57,633 nucleotides of DNA from Macrostomum lignano (lineage: Eukaryota): positions 1 to 57,633 of the forward strand of contig NIVC01004155.1 in NCBI GenBank assembly GCA_002269645.1, in the 5' to 3' direction. The notes under the pieces were generated by a model. It was not told where the DNA came from, made no database searches, and saw nothing but the letters and a program-made list of their open reading frames with translations. How positions within the stretch are numbered: position 1 is the stretch's first letter; each line of letters opens with the position of its first letter. Of the stretch, positions 25,575 through 40,492 are shown one piece after another. The position numbers were made by a program, and so were the translations under genes.

Positions 25575-26600
25575 TTACAATATTAACAATAAAAAGCCAG
25601 CTATGCATTCCATTCAGTCCAAGAACTAGATTGCCATGGACACACCCATAGGCGTAGGAACGGGGGGGGGGACAGTGGGGCCAGTAATGGTATTTGGCCT
25701 GTTCACATTTTAAATGCAAAAATGTAGACTTTTTGCTTATTTTTTAATCTTATTTTTGCTGCTTTGCATAAATGCATTTTGCTGCAGGGTGACAAAATAT
25801 AGCGCCTATGGCGCTAAAATGGGTGGCTGCGGCGCTAAAATGGGTGCCTGCGGCGCTAAAATGGGTGCCTGCGGCGCTAAAAATGGGTGCCTGTTGCGCT
25901 AAAATGGGTGCCTGCGGCGCTAAAATGGGTGCCTGCGGCGCTAAAAATGGGTGCCTGTTGCGCTAAAATGGGTGCCTGCAGCGCTAAAATGGGTGCCTGC
26001 GGCGCTAAAATGAGTGCCTGCGGCGCTAAAATGGGTGCCTGCGGCGCTAAAATGAGTGCCTGCGGCGCTAAAATGGGTGTCTGCGGCGCTAAAATGGGTG
26101 CCCGTGGCGCTAAAATGAGTGCCTGCGGCGCTAAAATGGGTGCCCGCGGCGCTAAAATGAGTGCCTGCGGCGCTAAAATGGGTGCCTGTAGCGCTAAAAT
26201 GGGTGCCTGTAGCGCTAAAATGAGTGCCTGCGGCGCTAAAATGGGTGCCTGTAGCGCTAAAATGGGTGCCTGTAGCGCTAAAATGGGTGCCTGCGGCGCT
26301 AAAATGGGTGCCTGTAGCGCTAAAATGAGTGCTGATAACACCAATTCTAAAAATAATTGCTACATGATAATGTGCATTCTCCATAAAAATAGAAAAATCT
26401 AACTTGACAGGGGGAGTGCACCCTGTGTGCCCGCCACTGAACCTGGCCCCCCCCCCCCTACTTTTTGAAATGTTCCTACGCCCATGGACACACTTACCCT
26501 CAATTGCATAAGGACACAAATTGTTCTAGGTGGGTTGAGAATTGAACCTCCAATCTTTTAGTTGTGAGTGCAACACTCTAACTACTAGGGTTTAATCCCT
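25575..26600 (-). mobile_element. Decayed tRNA-derived CORE-type SINE (copy A), split by the hAT-like MITE
   Basis: The minus strand at 26600-26510 aligns with the SINE at 48460 (CCTAGT[A/G]GTTAGAG...GGTTC[A/G]ATTC...CTAGAACA[A/G]TTTGTGTCCTT). The 3' part (CTAGTTCTTGGACTGAA versus CCAGTCCTTGGACTGAA) resumes on the other side of the MITE at about 25630-25600. Confidence 0.7.
25647..26486. mobile_element. hAT-like MITE (840 bp) carrying an internal 21-bp minisatellite (25808-26328)
   Basis: The left end CATAGGCGTAGGAAC and right end GTTCCTACGCCCATG form 15-bp TIRs with 1 mismatch. The 8-bp flanks GACACACC / GACACACT form a TSD with 1 mismatch. Subterminal inverted G/C tracts are present. Internal unit GGCGCTAAAATGGGTGCCTGC, about 25 copies. 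Confidence 0.8.
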
Positions 26601-27512
26601 TTTAATTTGTTAGCAATCATAATTTTATATACACAATATTTTTCTAGTTCTCTTAAAAAGGAGGCACCTCAAAACTGCCTATTACCTTAATTGCACATGG
26701 ATAAAAAATTATAATAGCACATTTAAAAGCATTTGTTTTAATATTATACAGGCTTTAGAAAGTATATTTTAGACTAAGTTAGAAGTAGACAAAGCCAATT
26801 TTGCCAAAATATAAGCTTAATACTTGCTTTTTTCTATTTCTATTTAGTTTTAAAGGCCTAGAACATTAGTTAAAAGAGCAAGCTAGCATTTTGGAAAAAA
26901 ATTCTTTAGCTTACCTTTTCTTAATTATATCCTTCATTGGTTATAATAAATCAATCGAGCCCTTATGTTTTAAGACCATTTTGTATTATATAACAAATTA
27001 TATATTAAGAGAAATGTTTTTGCTTTCCAAGGGGAGCTCTTAAGTCTCTGCATAGATTTGGAGACTTTGCAATAGAGTTTTGATGCTACATGCATATTGT
27101 GGTTGGGTGATGGAAGCGGTGGTGGTTGGGTGATTAAAAAAGCTTAAAAAACCCGGAATACTTGAAATTTATGCTTAAAAATGAACTTTCTTTATCTTTT
27201 TTCTATTTTACAATAACTCTTCTGCGTGATTCTATGAAGTGCACACCAGGTGTATACACATACTATTTTCTTAAGAGTGATGCACACCAAATGTGCACCC
27301 CTACTTTTGGTATGCAAGGCCAATGCATGCCCAAATTTTTGGACATATACTACATGATCCAGAGTGTGGGAGCAAGAAAGAAATTTTTGACATTATATGC
27401 ACACTGAGATTGGAATAAGGAGGGGGGTTAAAGTTAATGTGTTTTTACTTTCAATACAAAAGGAGCTCTTAAGTCCTTAGAGTCAAGGAATCAAATAATT
27501 TTTTATATTGTA

Positions 27513-29280
27513 CTAGCAATCTAGTATGGCCCCCTTTCAGAGCGCCAAATAAGCAAGAAGCAAAAATAGTTCATGGAAAACAATTAAAAAAGCAAATTTT
27601 CTTAAACATCAATTCCTTCTTCACTTTTTAAAATCACCTTATTTATATAAAATTGTCATGGACAATGATACTTGCTATGAATCTCTCTTTTTCTAAAATT
27701 AATAAATAGACAACAAAATATAGCTTTCACAAAGATAACAGACATTCCCCCTAAATAGAAAATATTCCCAAGATAGCAAGCATCCCCCAGATAGCAAGCA
27801 TCCACCCAGATAGCAAGCACCCCCAAATATTGTAGAAGCATCCACCCAGGTAGCAAGCATCATGCAGTTAGCAAGAATCCTTAAATAGTAAGCATCACTG
27901 AATAGAAAGAATCTCATACATGCAGCCAAGCTTATCAAGCGCAGTAATCCTTTGTTTGCCAAGCGCAGTAATCCTTGATTTATCAAGTGCAGTAATCCTT
28001 GGTCTATCAAGTGCAGTAATCCTTGGTTTATCAAGTGCAATAAGCCTTGGTTTATCAAGTGCAATAATCCTTGGCTTATCAAGTGCAGTAATCCTTGGCT
28101 TATCAAGTGCAGAAATCCTTGGTTTATCAAGTGCAGTAATCCTTGGTTTATCAAGTGCAGTAATCCTTGGTTTATTAAGTACAGTAAGTCTAGGTTTATC
28201 AAGTGCAGAAATCTTTGGCTTATCGAGCAAAGTAATCATTTGCTTATCAAGTGTAGAAATCCTTGGTTATCAAGTGCAGAAATCCTTGGTTTATCAAGTG
28301 CAATAAGCCTTGGTTTATCAAGAGCAATAATCCTTGGCTTATCAAGTGCAATAATTATTAGTTTATCAAGCGCAGTAATCTTTGGTTTATCAAGTGCAAT
28401 AATCCTTGGTATATAAACTGCAGTAATCCTTGGTTTATCAAGTGCAGTAATCCTTCGTCTATCAAGTGCAGTAATCCTTGGTATATCAAGTGCAGTAATC
28501 CTTGGTATATAAACTGCAGTAATCCTTGGTTTATCAAGTGCAATAAGCCTTGGTTTGTCAAGTGCAATAATCCTTGGTTTATCTAGCCCCATAATCCAGA
28601 TCTTTTTAATTAGTCCTTCAATAAAAGCTTTCAATAAAAAATTATGCTTTTTTATACACTATTTAGATTCGAACCCAGGTTGCTGCATTAGCAGTCCAGT
28701 GTGTTCACATCTATGCTAGCTCTCATTGAATTTATAAATGAATTTGTAGCACTTATAATTTAACACTCACACCAAGTCAATTGAGTAAAAGTCATATAAA
28801 GCAGTTATGACATAATCAATTTCTTAGGTGAGTCAGTACCAGTCTCTATTAAATTTAGCATTGTGGTTACGCAATATAAATCAAGTATTGTGCTATGCTT
28901 CCAAACTACATTTTCAATACTGTGACGCAATTCAAATCAGTGTCAAAACTCAGCCAATACATAGACTGAATAAATAAAAAGCCAATTGTGATGTAATCTA
29001 TTTTAGAATCAGAATTCAACCAGTCAGTTTTTTCTAGCATTCTTACAATGCATTTCAAGTCAAAAAAGCTGCTTGACCTTTGCAAAAAAGCATGTTTTTC
29101 GAATAGTTAATCCTTTTAACATTGAGTAATTTCTTAGCCACAATGCATGTACCGTCACAGAAAAATTTCTGATCAAACAGTGCAAGTTCAAAGAAAATTG
29201 GTCAAGCCTTTTGGGAGATAATCAATTTTGTACAAAAAAACAAACAAACCATTTTTAGTATATGGATTTTTAGTATATAG
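27513..29280 (-). mobile_element. Non-autonomous Helitron-like element, copy A, with internal 24-bp (27925-28585) and ~19-bp (27770-27900) arrays
   Basis: Colinear inverted homology with 53590-57406. On the minus strand it has a 5' TCCATATACTAAAAATGG, a 3' hairpin remnant and ACTAGATTGCTAG|T. Confidence 0.8.
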
Positions 29281-29639
29281 AATATTGTGGTTGGGATAGT
29301 AGAGGCTTAGGATAAATTAAGCTAATGGTGGAAGCTACCTAGTATCTGTTACTATCAAAGAAGGCTAGATTGCAATGGAGGCTTCTTGGAAACCAATTGA
29401 TAAGTAGGCTATTACCTTTGTTGATATTGGTACAAATTGGAGATTTTGCTACTTTAGTTACTTAACAATATAGGAAAAGGAAATAGGGGAGAGAAGGGAG
29501 AAAAGGGGAAAAAGTGGTAAGAAGGGGAAAAGAAGAAAGAAGAAGGGAAGAAAGAGGGAAGAGAGAAGGAAAGAGAGGAGAAAAGAAAAAAGGAGACAAA
29601 GAAGAGAGGAAGGAATAAAAAAATATAAAAGCCTATTTG

Positions 29640-29930
29640 CCTTTAGCCTTGTTTACGCAATCTTGGTAACTGTAGCTTGATAGAACAGCAGCACTTTATA
29701 GCAGCTTTGGGCCTCTAACTAGATGATATGGCTAGCTAGTTGAAGTCATTGCCTATATAACAGGTCAGAAAGCCACATCAGGTGCATCTTTATATGGAAA
29801 ATAATATTGGTCTCATTGTGGCCATATGCAACATGGCCACATATATAGCGTCTAGCTGCCTCTCTAAGGCATCTATCAAAGTCTAGGTCTTGGCATTATA
29901 CAACAGTTATAGGAAGTTTATTAGCTATAA
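29640..29930 (-). pseudogene. Hypermutated remnant of an RTE-clade non-LTR retrotransposon ORF (region C-terminal to the RT core), probably extending to about 30200
   Basis: The minus strand translates to LLYNAKT*TLIDALERQLDAIYVAMLHMA and, after a frameshift, LSDLLYRQ*LQLASHII*. These match the RTE-type motifs LLYxAETWTL..LE..LD and RRLQLAGHxIR once C->T/G->A changes are reverted. Confidence 0.7.
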
Positions 29931-32149
29931 TTAAATATTAGATATTAATAATATCATATTAGGCCTATACAGATAAGCTATAGGAAAATTCCAAGATATA
30001 GGATACTAGGCCCTAGAAAAATTTAGTTACAGCAGAACTCTATTCCATAACATTAGTCTAAAATTGTTTAGCACTAGGAGGCAGATTATAATATAACCAT
30101 AAGATAATTTTAAATTAATATTAGGCTAGTGCATTAAGTCCCTATCTATAACTTATAAGGCATTCAAATTTAAAATTCAAATATTGTCATATATTGAAAG
30201 CATAAAAAACATTGTTTAGTGAAAAAATGGTCAGATAGTTCTTGAAAAAATCAAAGACAAATAGCATAAAATCAATACATTTTATAGTATATATACATTT
30301 TATGCCTGCCAAGGCCTATTGACAATTCGTCAATTCCTAATGCTAGGGCTAATTAATGAACTAGGGTAGATAAGTCGAAGGCATGTCAGCCTAGTATAAG
30401 TAAGGACGGAGCCCTGTTACCCCTAGTCCAGCTAACTAGAATAGATTATTGCTTTAAGCTACATGTTAGTAATAGGCTGACAGCGGATTTTTTGTCTCAA
30501 TTGAGCTTCTTAATTAGGCTCTATCATTATTATATGCAAGTAAGGATCAAAAATATTTATAACACCGTTAAAACTTCAACGATTAAAGCAAAGAGCTACG
30601 TTTTGTTGTTTTTAAATAAGTTAATATAAAGATTAGGTCCATTTTTGTATTTGTTTTATATGTTTAAATACTCCTATTTTTTTCATCTATAAATTTTTAC
30701 TTGATTAAGTTATCGGGTTGTTTGGGAATATCGTTTTCAATTTTAAGTGCCGATTTTAAGTGTTTTCCCCCAAATCTATAAATATACAAAAACCATTTCG
30801 AAGACTGTAGACAACTTATTCAGCATTCAAGCTCAAATCTCTAAACTGGGATGTAATAAGTATAAATTTTATTTAATCTAGGTAGTTTGCTTCAAGTCAA
30901 TTGCAACTTCACAACATTTTCAACCCTTTTTAACAGCTTGTGATGGGATGCTAAATTGCAGGCAAAACCAATCTTTTTAATTACCTTCACTTTCAAAGTA
31001 CTGCATTAAAACTTGTTTTTAGTCGCTATGAACTTTTTAGATATTGACTTTTAAATATGTCAATAAGATTTGCTTTCCTAAAATAAATGCAGGAAAATTA
31101 GTGGTGCAAGAGACTGCTTTGTCCTTGTCAGCTAATAACTGTAGCTTTTAAGACAAATTTATGAAATTTAATATATGAAATGTCTGAAATGTATGTATGA
31201 ATAAAATATGTTTACAAGTAGAATTTAAAATGGTTTCGGTGGCATATTTCTTGCATCTAAGTGATGATGAGCTATCTTTTTGAACCTATAGTCTAAATAT
31301 GCTATGCATATGCATTTAATTTATGAGCTAATTTGGCTTCTAAGCTAACTTATTTCAAAGCATATATTTTGCGATTTTTTTCTAAAGAAGATAGTCAAGT
31401 CCAAAAATATTTGGAGAATTTCACATTTAAGCTAATCATTATTAATGCATTATAGGGTTATTAAGCAAAAAATGCTAGGACTTTCATAGAAATTCAACAA
31501 AAATTATTGCATTTCATTTTGTGCTGTTAGCCATATAATTCATATCAAATATATAAATGAAAAATCAATAAAATAGTTTGCTTTTTTTGACTTTTATGCT
31601 ATTCAGAAGCCTAAATCTATATGAGATTTTATACAATAAGTTTTAAAAAGGCTTTTTGACTTACTGAATTTGGTTTTTATTAAATTGAGGTTAATTTCTT
31701 CAATATGCTAGCTCTTTCTTGACAAACTTGCTTTACTGATCAATCTTTGTGCTCTTGTGCTTAATGCCATCTTAGCTAGGGATGATTACTATTCACTTCT
31801 ACTCCTGATTTCCTGTTTTTGCTCAATCTTGATAAAAATATTCGGTGCATGCTATTTAGGTAGATAAAGACATTGGGAATAACTCCTCTGCGCCAAGACT
31901 GGCCAATTTTCATTTTTTTTCAAATGGTTCAATAGTTCGGTAGGTTATGTTTACTGCCGCATATCAAGGTGATAGTTGACCTGCAGCCAGAGAAGGGAGA
32001 AGCAGTCAAGCCCCCATTTCATATCGCGGATGCTGAAGTTGATGAAAAATGCGCAGTTCTTTGTACAACGGGGCCAATGCTTTTTGACTAAAGTAATGCG
32101 TCATCATCAAGCATGTACACGCACTTGGCTTGCGGTTGGCCTTCCTGAG

Positions 32150-32870
32150 CCACGTGTCACGTGCCATGTGGCCACCCACGGAGGCGAACCCAGGTACTCA
32201 GGCATGTGAGTCGGTAGCATTACTGCTCAGCTTGATCTGTCCGCCCTCGAAGATTTGCAGATACAGAGAATTTGTGAGTTACACGGCTGATTGGCTCACT
32301 CTAGGGATCGACCAGCTTTACTACTGTTGGGAGCTGCTTCGCTCATTGAGGGCCTGGGGGGATTTCTTCCCTCCGATTCTGCTAAATGCACTCCCGCCTT
32401 CCGTCGAGCGGCCTCTCCATCCCAAGATCGATGCCGGGACCTCATTTGGGATCAATAATCCGGCTATTTTGCCCTGAACTTGCCGCTCCGCTTCGTCTCC
32501 CAATTGGGGAAATCCTTGTGCCAACCGTTCGGCTTCTCCCAACTTAGTCCGCAAAGTCTTGCGCGTCCGCCGTCTCTCTTCCCCGTCCGTCTCTCTCTGT
32601 CTCTCTGTTCCTCCTTTCGCTAGAAATCTGCTTGGAACTCCCAGGCCCCAGTGCGCTAAGATGGGGCGGGTCGATGCTTGAAGGCAGTCAGCTGCTTCTC
32701 CGCCGGTGCGGAACAGGGGCGCGAATTTGGCAAGCCAAGGGGGGCTGCCCTACTGCCAAAGCTCGCACAGACTTCGCCCGCGCCAATAATCCCCCCCCCT
32801 GCGTCCAGTCCTGTCCGGTTTTGGTCTCTCCGCTTGATAAATTAGGAGCTGGGGGACTTTTATTGGTTAG
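32150..32870. promoter_or_regulatory. CpG-rich promoter-like island (E-boxes and CCAAT boxes in both orientations), candidate promoter for the Na/K-ATPase beta transcription unit
   Basis: CACGTG at 32151 and 32158, ATTGG at 32290 and 32862, CCAAT at 32783. There is an abrupt switch from CpG-poor AT-rich DNA at about 31.9 kb. Confidence 0.35.
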
Positions 32871-33831
32871 TTGAACTGGTGAACTGACCAGAGCAGGCAA
32901 GGAGACGAGTGGGACAAAGTGTTACTTTACAAAATTATTCCACTCCATCGCCAGCGGAGCTCAGGCTAATGATGCGACACGGCTTTACCGTCACTTCTCC
33001 AAAAGGGGGAGGGGTTGCCGGGGTTGAGACCTCGGACAGGGCCGGGCGGAGTCAACAGAGCGGCTCTTGTCCGGCTCCCAGCTACGCTGAGCTCGCCCCA
33101 GCGGCTCGGTCATTAGTGTTCACTGTGCGGGAGTAACTCGTCTGCTGGCTATCGCGATCTGGGGCCACAGCTTGCCAGCGCCGACCTTCCCTTCCTGGCC
33201 AGCGTACGCCTCTTGTGCCGGGCCTCTCACCCTATAGCGAAGGATACGCAGTGTGGAAGAAACTGTGGAGTGGGGACTGAGGAGAGCGGGACAGTGCGGC
33301 TTGGGGGGGGGGATAAGAGCTCTCAATGCGCTCCTTCCTTACACACTGCCCTGCCCGCCCATCTCCTTCTCTTCCCTTCCACCCTCGATCTCGATTTCCC
33401 AGCTTCCAATCCAACCCCCCATCTTACTGTTTCTGTGCAGCCTTTCCCTAAAACCCCGACACCACGGGGGATCTCCGCATGCCGAATAGTTGCCACTGTG
33501 TGCAGATAAGAGATCGCCTCTCCCAGCTTCCGGCTCTCCCCCCCCCCCTCCAGTGCCTTCGCTCTCCCTTCCTGCTTGAGTAGACTGTGAGTAGAAATTC
33601 ATTTTTGGGTCTAGGAGCCAAACACCGCTCGCACTTTTCGACACAAGCGCACACAGTGGGCTGCCAATATAGACGAAAATAAAATGCTTTGAAACTGGAT
33701 TCTCCGTGAACTGATGACATATGATGCCTATCTGTTAATTATTCAGTCATTTTAATGATACTCATAAGCTAAAATAGCATTTACAGTAAGTTATTTTCCA
33801 TTTGGAGATTTTATCTGAAATTTTAATGCCT

Positions 33832-34962
33832 CATTTCTGAGCAGGAACACATGAGCACAGCATGCAAGATTCCAGTCTCCTGAGCAGGCACACATGAGCA
33901 CAGCACAAGATCCCGTCTCCTGAGCAGGCACACATGAGCACAGCACAAGATCCCGTCTCCTGAGCAGGTACACATGAGCACAGCATGCAAGATCCCAGTT
34001 TCCTGAGCAGGTACACATGAGCACAGCATGCAAGATCCCAGTCTCCTGAGCAGGCACACATGAGCACAGCACAAGATCCCAGTCTCCTGAGCAGGCACAC
34101 ATGAGCACAGCACAAGATCCCCGTCTCCTGAGCAGGCACACATGAGCACAGCACAAGATCCCAGTCTCCTGAGCAGGCACACATGAGCACAGAACAAGAT
34201 CCCTGTCTCCTTTGTAGACCCCTATCTCATGAGCAGGCACACATGAGCACAGCATGCAAGATCCCAGTCTCCTGAGCAGGCACACATGAGCACCGCACAA
34301 GATCCCAGTCTCCTGAGCAGGCGCACATCAGCACAGCGCAAGATCCCAGTCTCCTGAGCAGGCACACATGAGCACAGCACAAGATCCCAGTCTCCTGAGC
34401 AGGCACACATGAGCACAGCACAAGATCCCCGTCTCCTGAGCAGGCACACATGAGCACAGCATGCAAGATCCCAGTCTCCTGAGCAGGCACACATGAGCAC
34501 AGAACAAGATCCCTGTCTCCTTTGTAGACCCCTATCTCATGAGCAGGCACACATGAGCACAGAACAAGATCCCTGTCTCCTTTGTAGACCCCTATCTCAT
34601 GAGCAGGCACACATAAGCACAGAACAAGATCCCTGTCTCCTTTGTAGACCCCTATCTCCTGAGCAGGCACACATGAGCACAGAACAAGATCCCTGTCTCC
34701 TTTGTAGACCCCTATCTCATGAGCAGGCACACATGAGCACAGAACAAGATCCCTGTCTCCTTTGTAGACCCCTATCTCCTGAGCAGGCACACATGAGCAC
34801 AGCACAAGATCCCTGTCTCCTTTGTAGACCCCTATCTCCTGAGCAGGCAAACATGAGCACAGAACAAGATCCCTGCCTCCTTTGTAGACCCCTATCTCAT
34901 GAGCAGGCACACATGAGCACAGCACAAGATCCCAGTCTCCTGAGCAGGCACACATGAGTACA
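33832..34962. repeat. Composite 41-bp / 60-bp minisatellite
   Basis: 41-bp unit CTCCTGAGCAGGCACACATGAGCACAGCACAAGATCCCAGT. From about 34500 a 60-bp derivative carries an extra TTTGTAGACCCCTATCTC segment. Confidence 0.95.
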
Positions 34963-36004
34963 GAACAACCACCTGGTAGTCTATCAAGAGAGCAAAAGCA
35001 AGACGTCACCCCTCCCTCAATGAGGATTTGACGCCTTCACGTCCTCTCTATTCTCCCTTGACAGCTCCGCGTCCCGCCCACTAGACAAGAATCACCAGGG
35101 TTTTGCGTGCTGCCCCGCTCACAGAGAATTTGTCCTACACAAATGTGAATAGGGACTCTGTTGAGCAGCTTAAGCCCGTGAGATTGCCTCTCTCCTACCC
35201 CCTCCCCTTCTTTCTCCTCTTCTTTCTGCATTTTTTCTGCCGGGACTGAGTCTCATCCTCACGCGGCTCAGACCGATTCCAATAATTCTTTTCCTCTCTC
35301 TCTCCATTCCACCCGTACCTCCTCAGCTCCCAGGCTGTTTCATGTGCACTGAGTATCCGCAAAGAAGGAAGAATAAACCAGCGAGGGAGGGAATTTTGCA
35401 GGTTCTTCTTGTGCGTGTGAGGTGGTCGGGAAGGGGGTTGAGCAGCATCCTTTGTGGCAAGTCAAAGCATTGCAGCATTGTGTGGACTGCAACCCGAGAG
35501 GAGCAATGCATATTGGCTTGAATTACAGCATTTGGGGGATGCCATTTCTTTCTAGAGCAGAATGCAGTGTGTTGAGCGGCTAGCTTCTCATAATGCACTT
35601 CAGCCAAGAGCTGAGCAGGGTGAGTAGTAGAAAATTAATTACAGTTCTGCCTTCCTATCGCGCGCCCGCCACTGCGCTCCCGGCCTCCACGTTGGGAAAT
35701 CTGCTTGGCCTCTCGATTCACACTGAGCCCCGGGGCTCCAACTGAGCAAATCAGCTCAGTCGGACAACAGTAGTAATGAAAATGTACTTGACAATGTCCA
35801 GGTCTTATGCTGATGCACACGGTAGCTTTTGGTCAGCTGTAGCTAAATAATTTACACTACAGTAGTGCCAATCTAATCACCTATCCAAACAATAAAGCTG
35901 TCAGTCAGCCAGTCAGTCAATAATTTAGTCAATGTTTTAGGGATATTAAACAACTGTGGCTTTGTTTGCTTGGCGGTTATAATTTAACTTCTAAGGATTT
36001 CTTA

Positions 36005-36368
36005 GCTAATCAATCAATCAATCAACCAATCAATAAATTAATCTGTCAATAAATCAGTCAATCAATCAATCAATCTGTCAATCAATCAACCAATCAATCA
36101 ATCAATCTGTCAATCAATCAGTCAATCAATCTGTCAATCAATCTGTCAATCAATCAATCAGCCAATCAATCAATCAATCTGTCAATAAATCAATCAATCT
36201 GTCAATCAATCAATCAACCAATCAATCAATCAAATCTGTCAATCAATCAATCAGCCAATCAATCAATCAATCAGTCAATCAATCAGTCAATCAATCAATC
36301 AATCTGTCAATAAATCAATCAGCCAATCAATCAATCAATCAATCAGACAATCAACCAACCAGTCAATC
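36005..36368. repeat. (TCAA)n degenerate microsatellite upstream of the ATPase beta ATG
   Basis: AATC/AATCAGTC/AATCTGTC runs. Confidence 0.93.
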
Positions 36369-36499
36369 GAAATAGATATATGAGTTAATAAATCAATCTA
36401 TTTTTCTATCCATAACTGGAATAGTCAGTTGGCTCAATCATTTCACGTCAAGCACGGCCCCATTGCAGCCAATTTGCTAAGCCAGCCACCCAGCGAGAC

Positions 36500-40429
<3,930 letters not shown>

Positions 40430-40492
40430 AGAGTGAAGCTGCGAACTCGACCAGACTGAGGACTCCAATCTGAAAGTCGTTTTGGAATCTGG

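Noticed and set aside
27300-27400. Weak similarity to 53340-53410 suggesting a further shared element
   Set aside because: The match is short and AT-rich, and its boundaries could not be defined without an alignment.
31976-35820. Short ORFs in the GC-rich region and the idea of foreign (vertebrate-like) DNA
   Set aside because: There are no recognisable domains or codon bias. The region contains the same style of minisatellite and splice signals as its neighbours, so there is no positive evidence for contamination or transfer.
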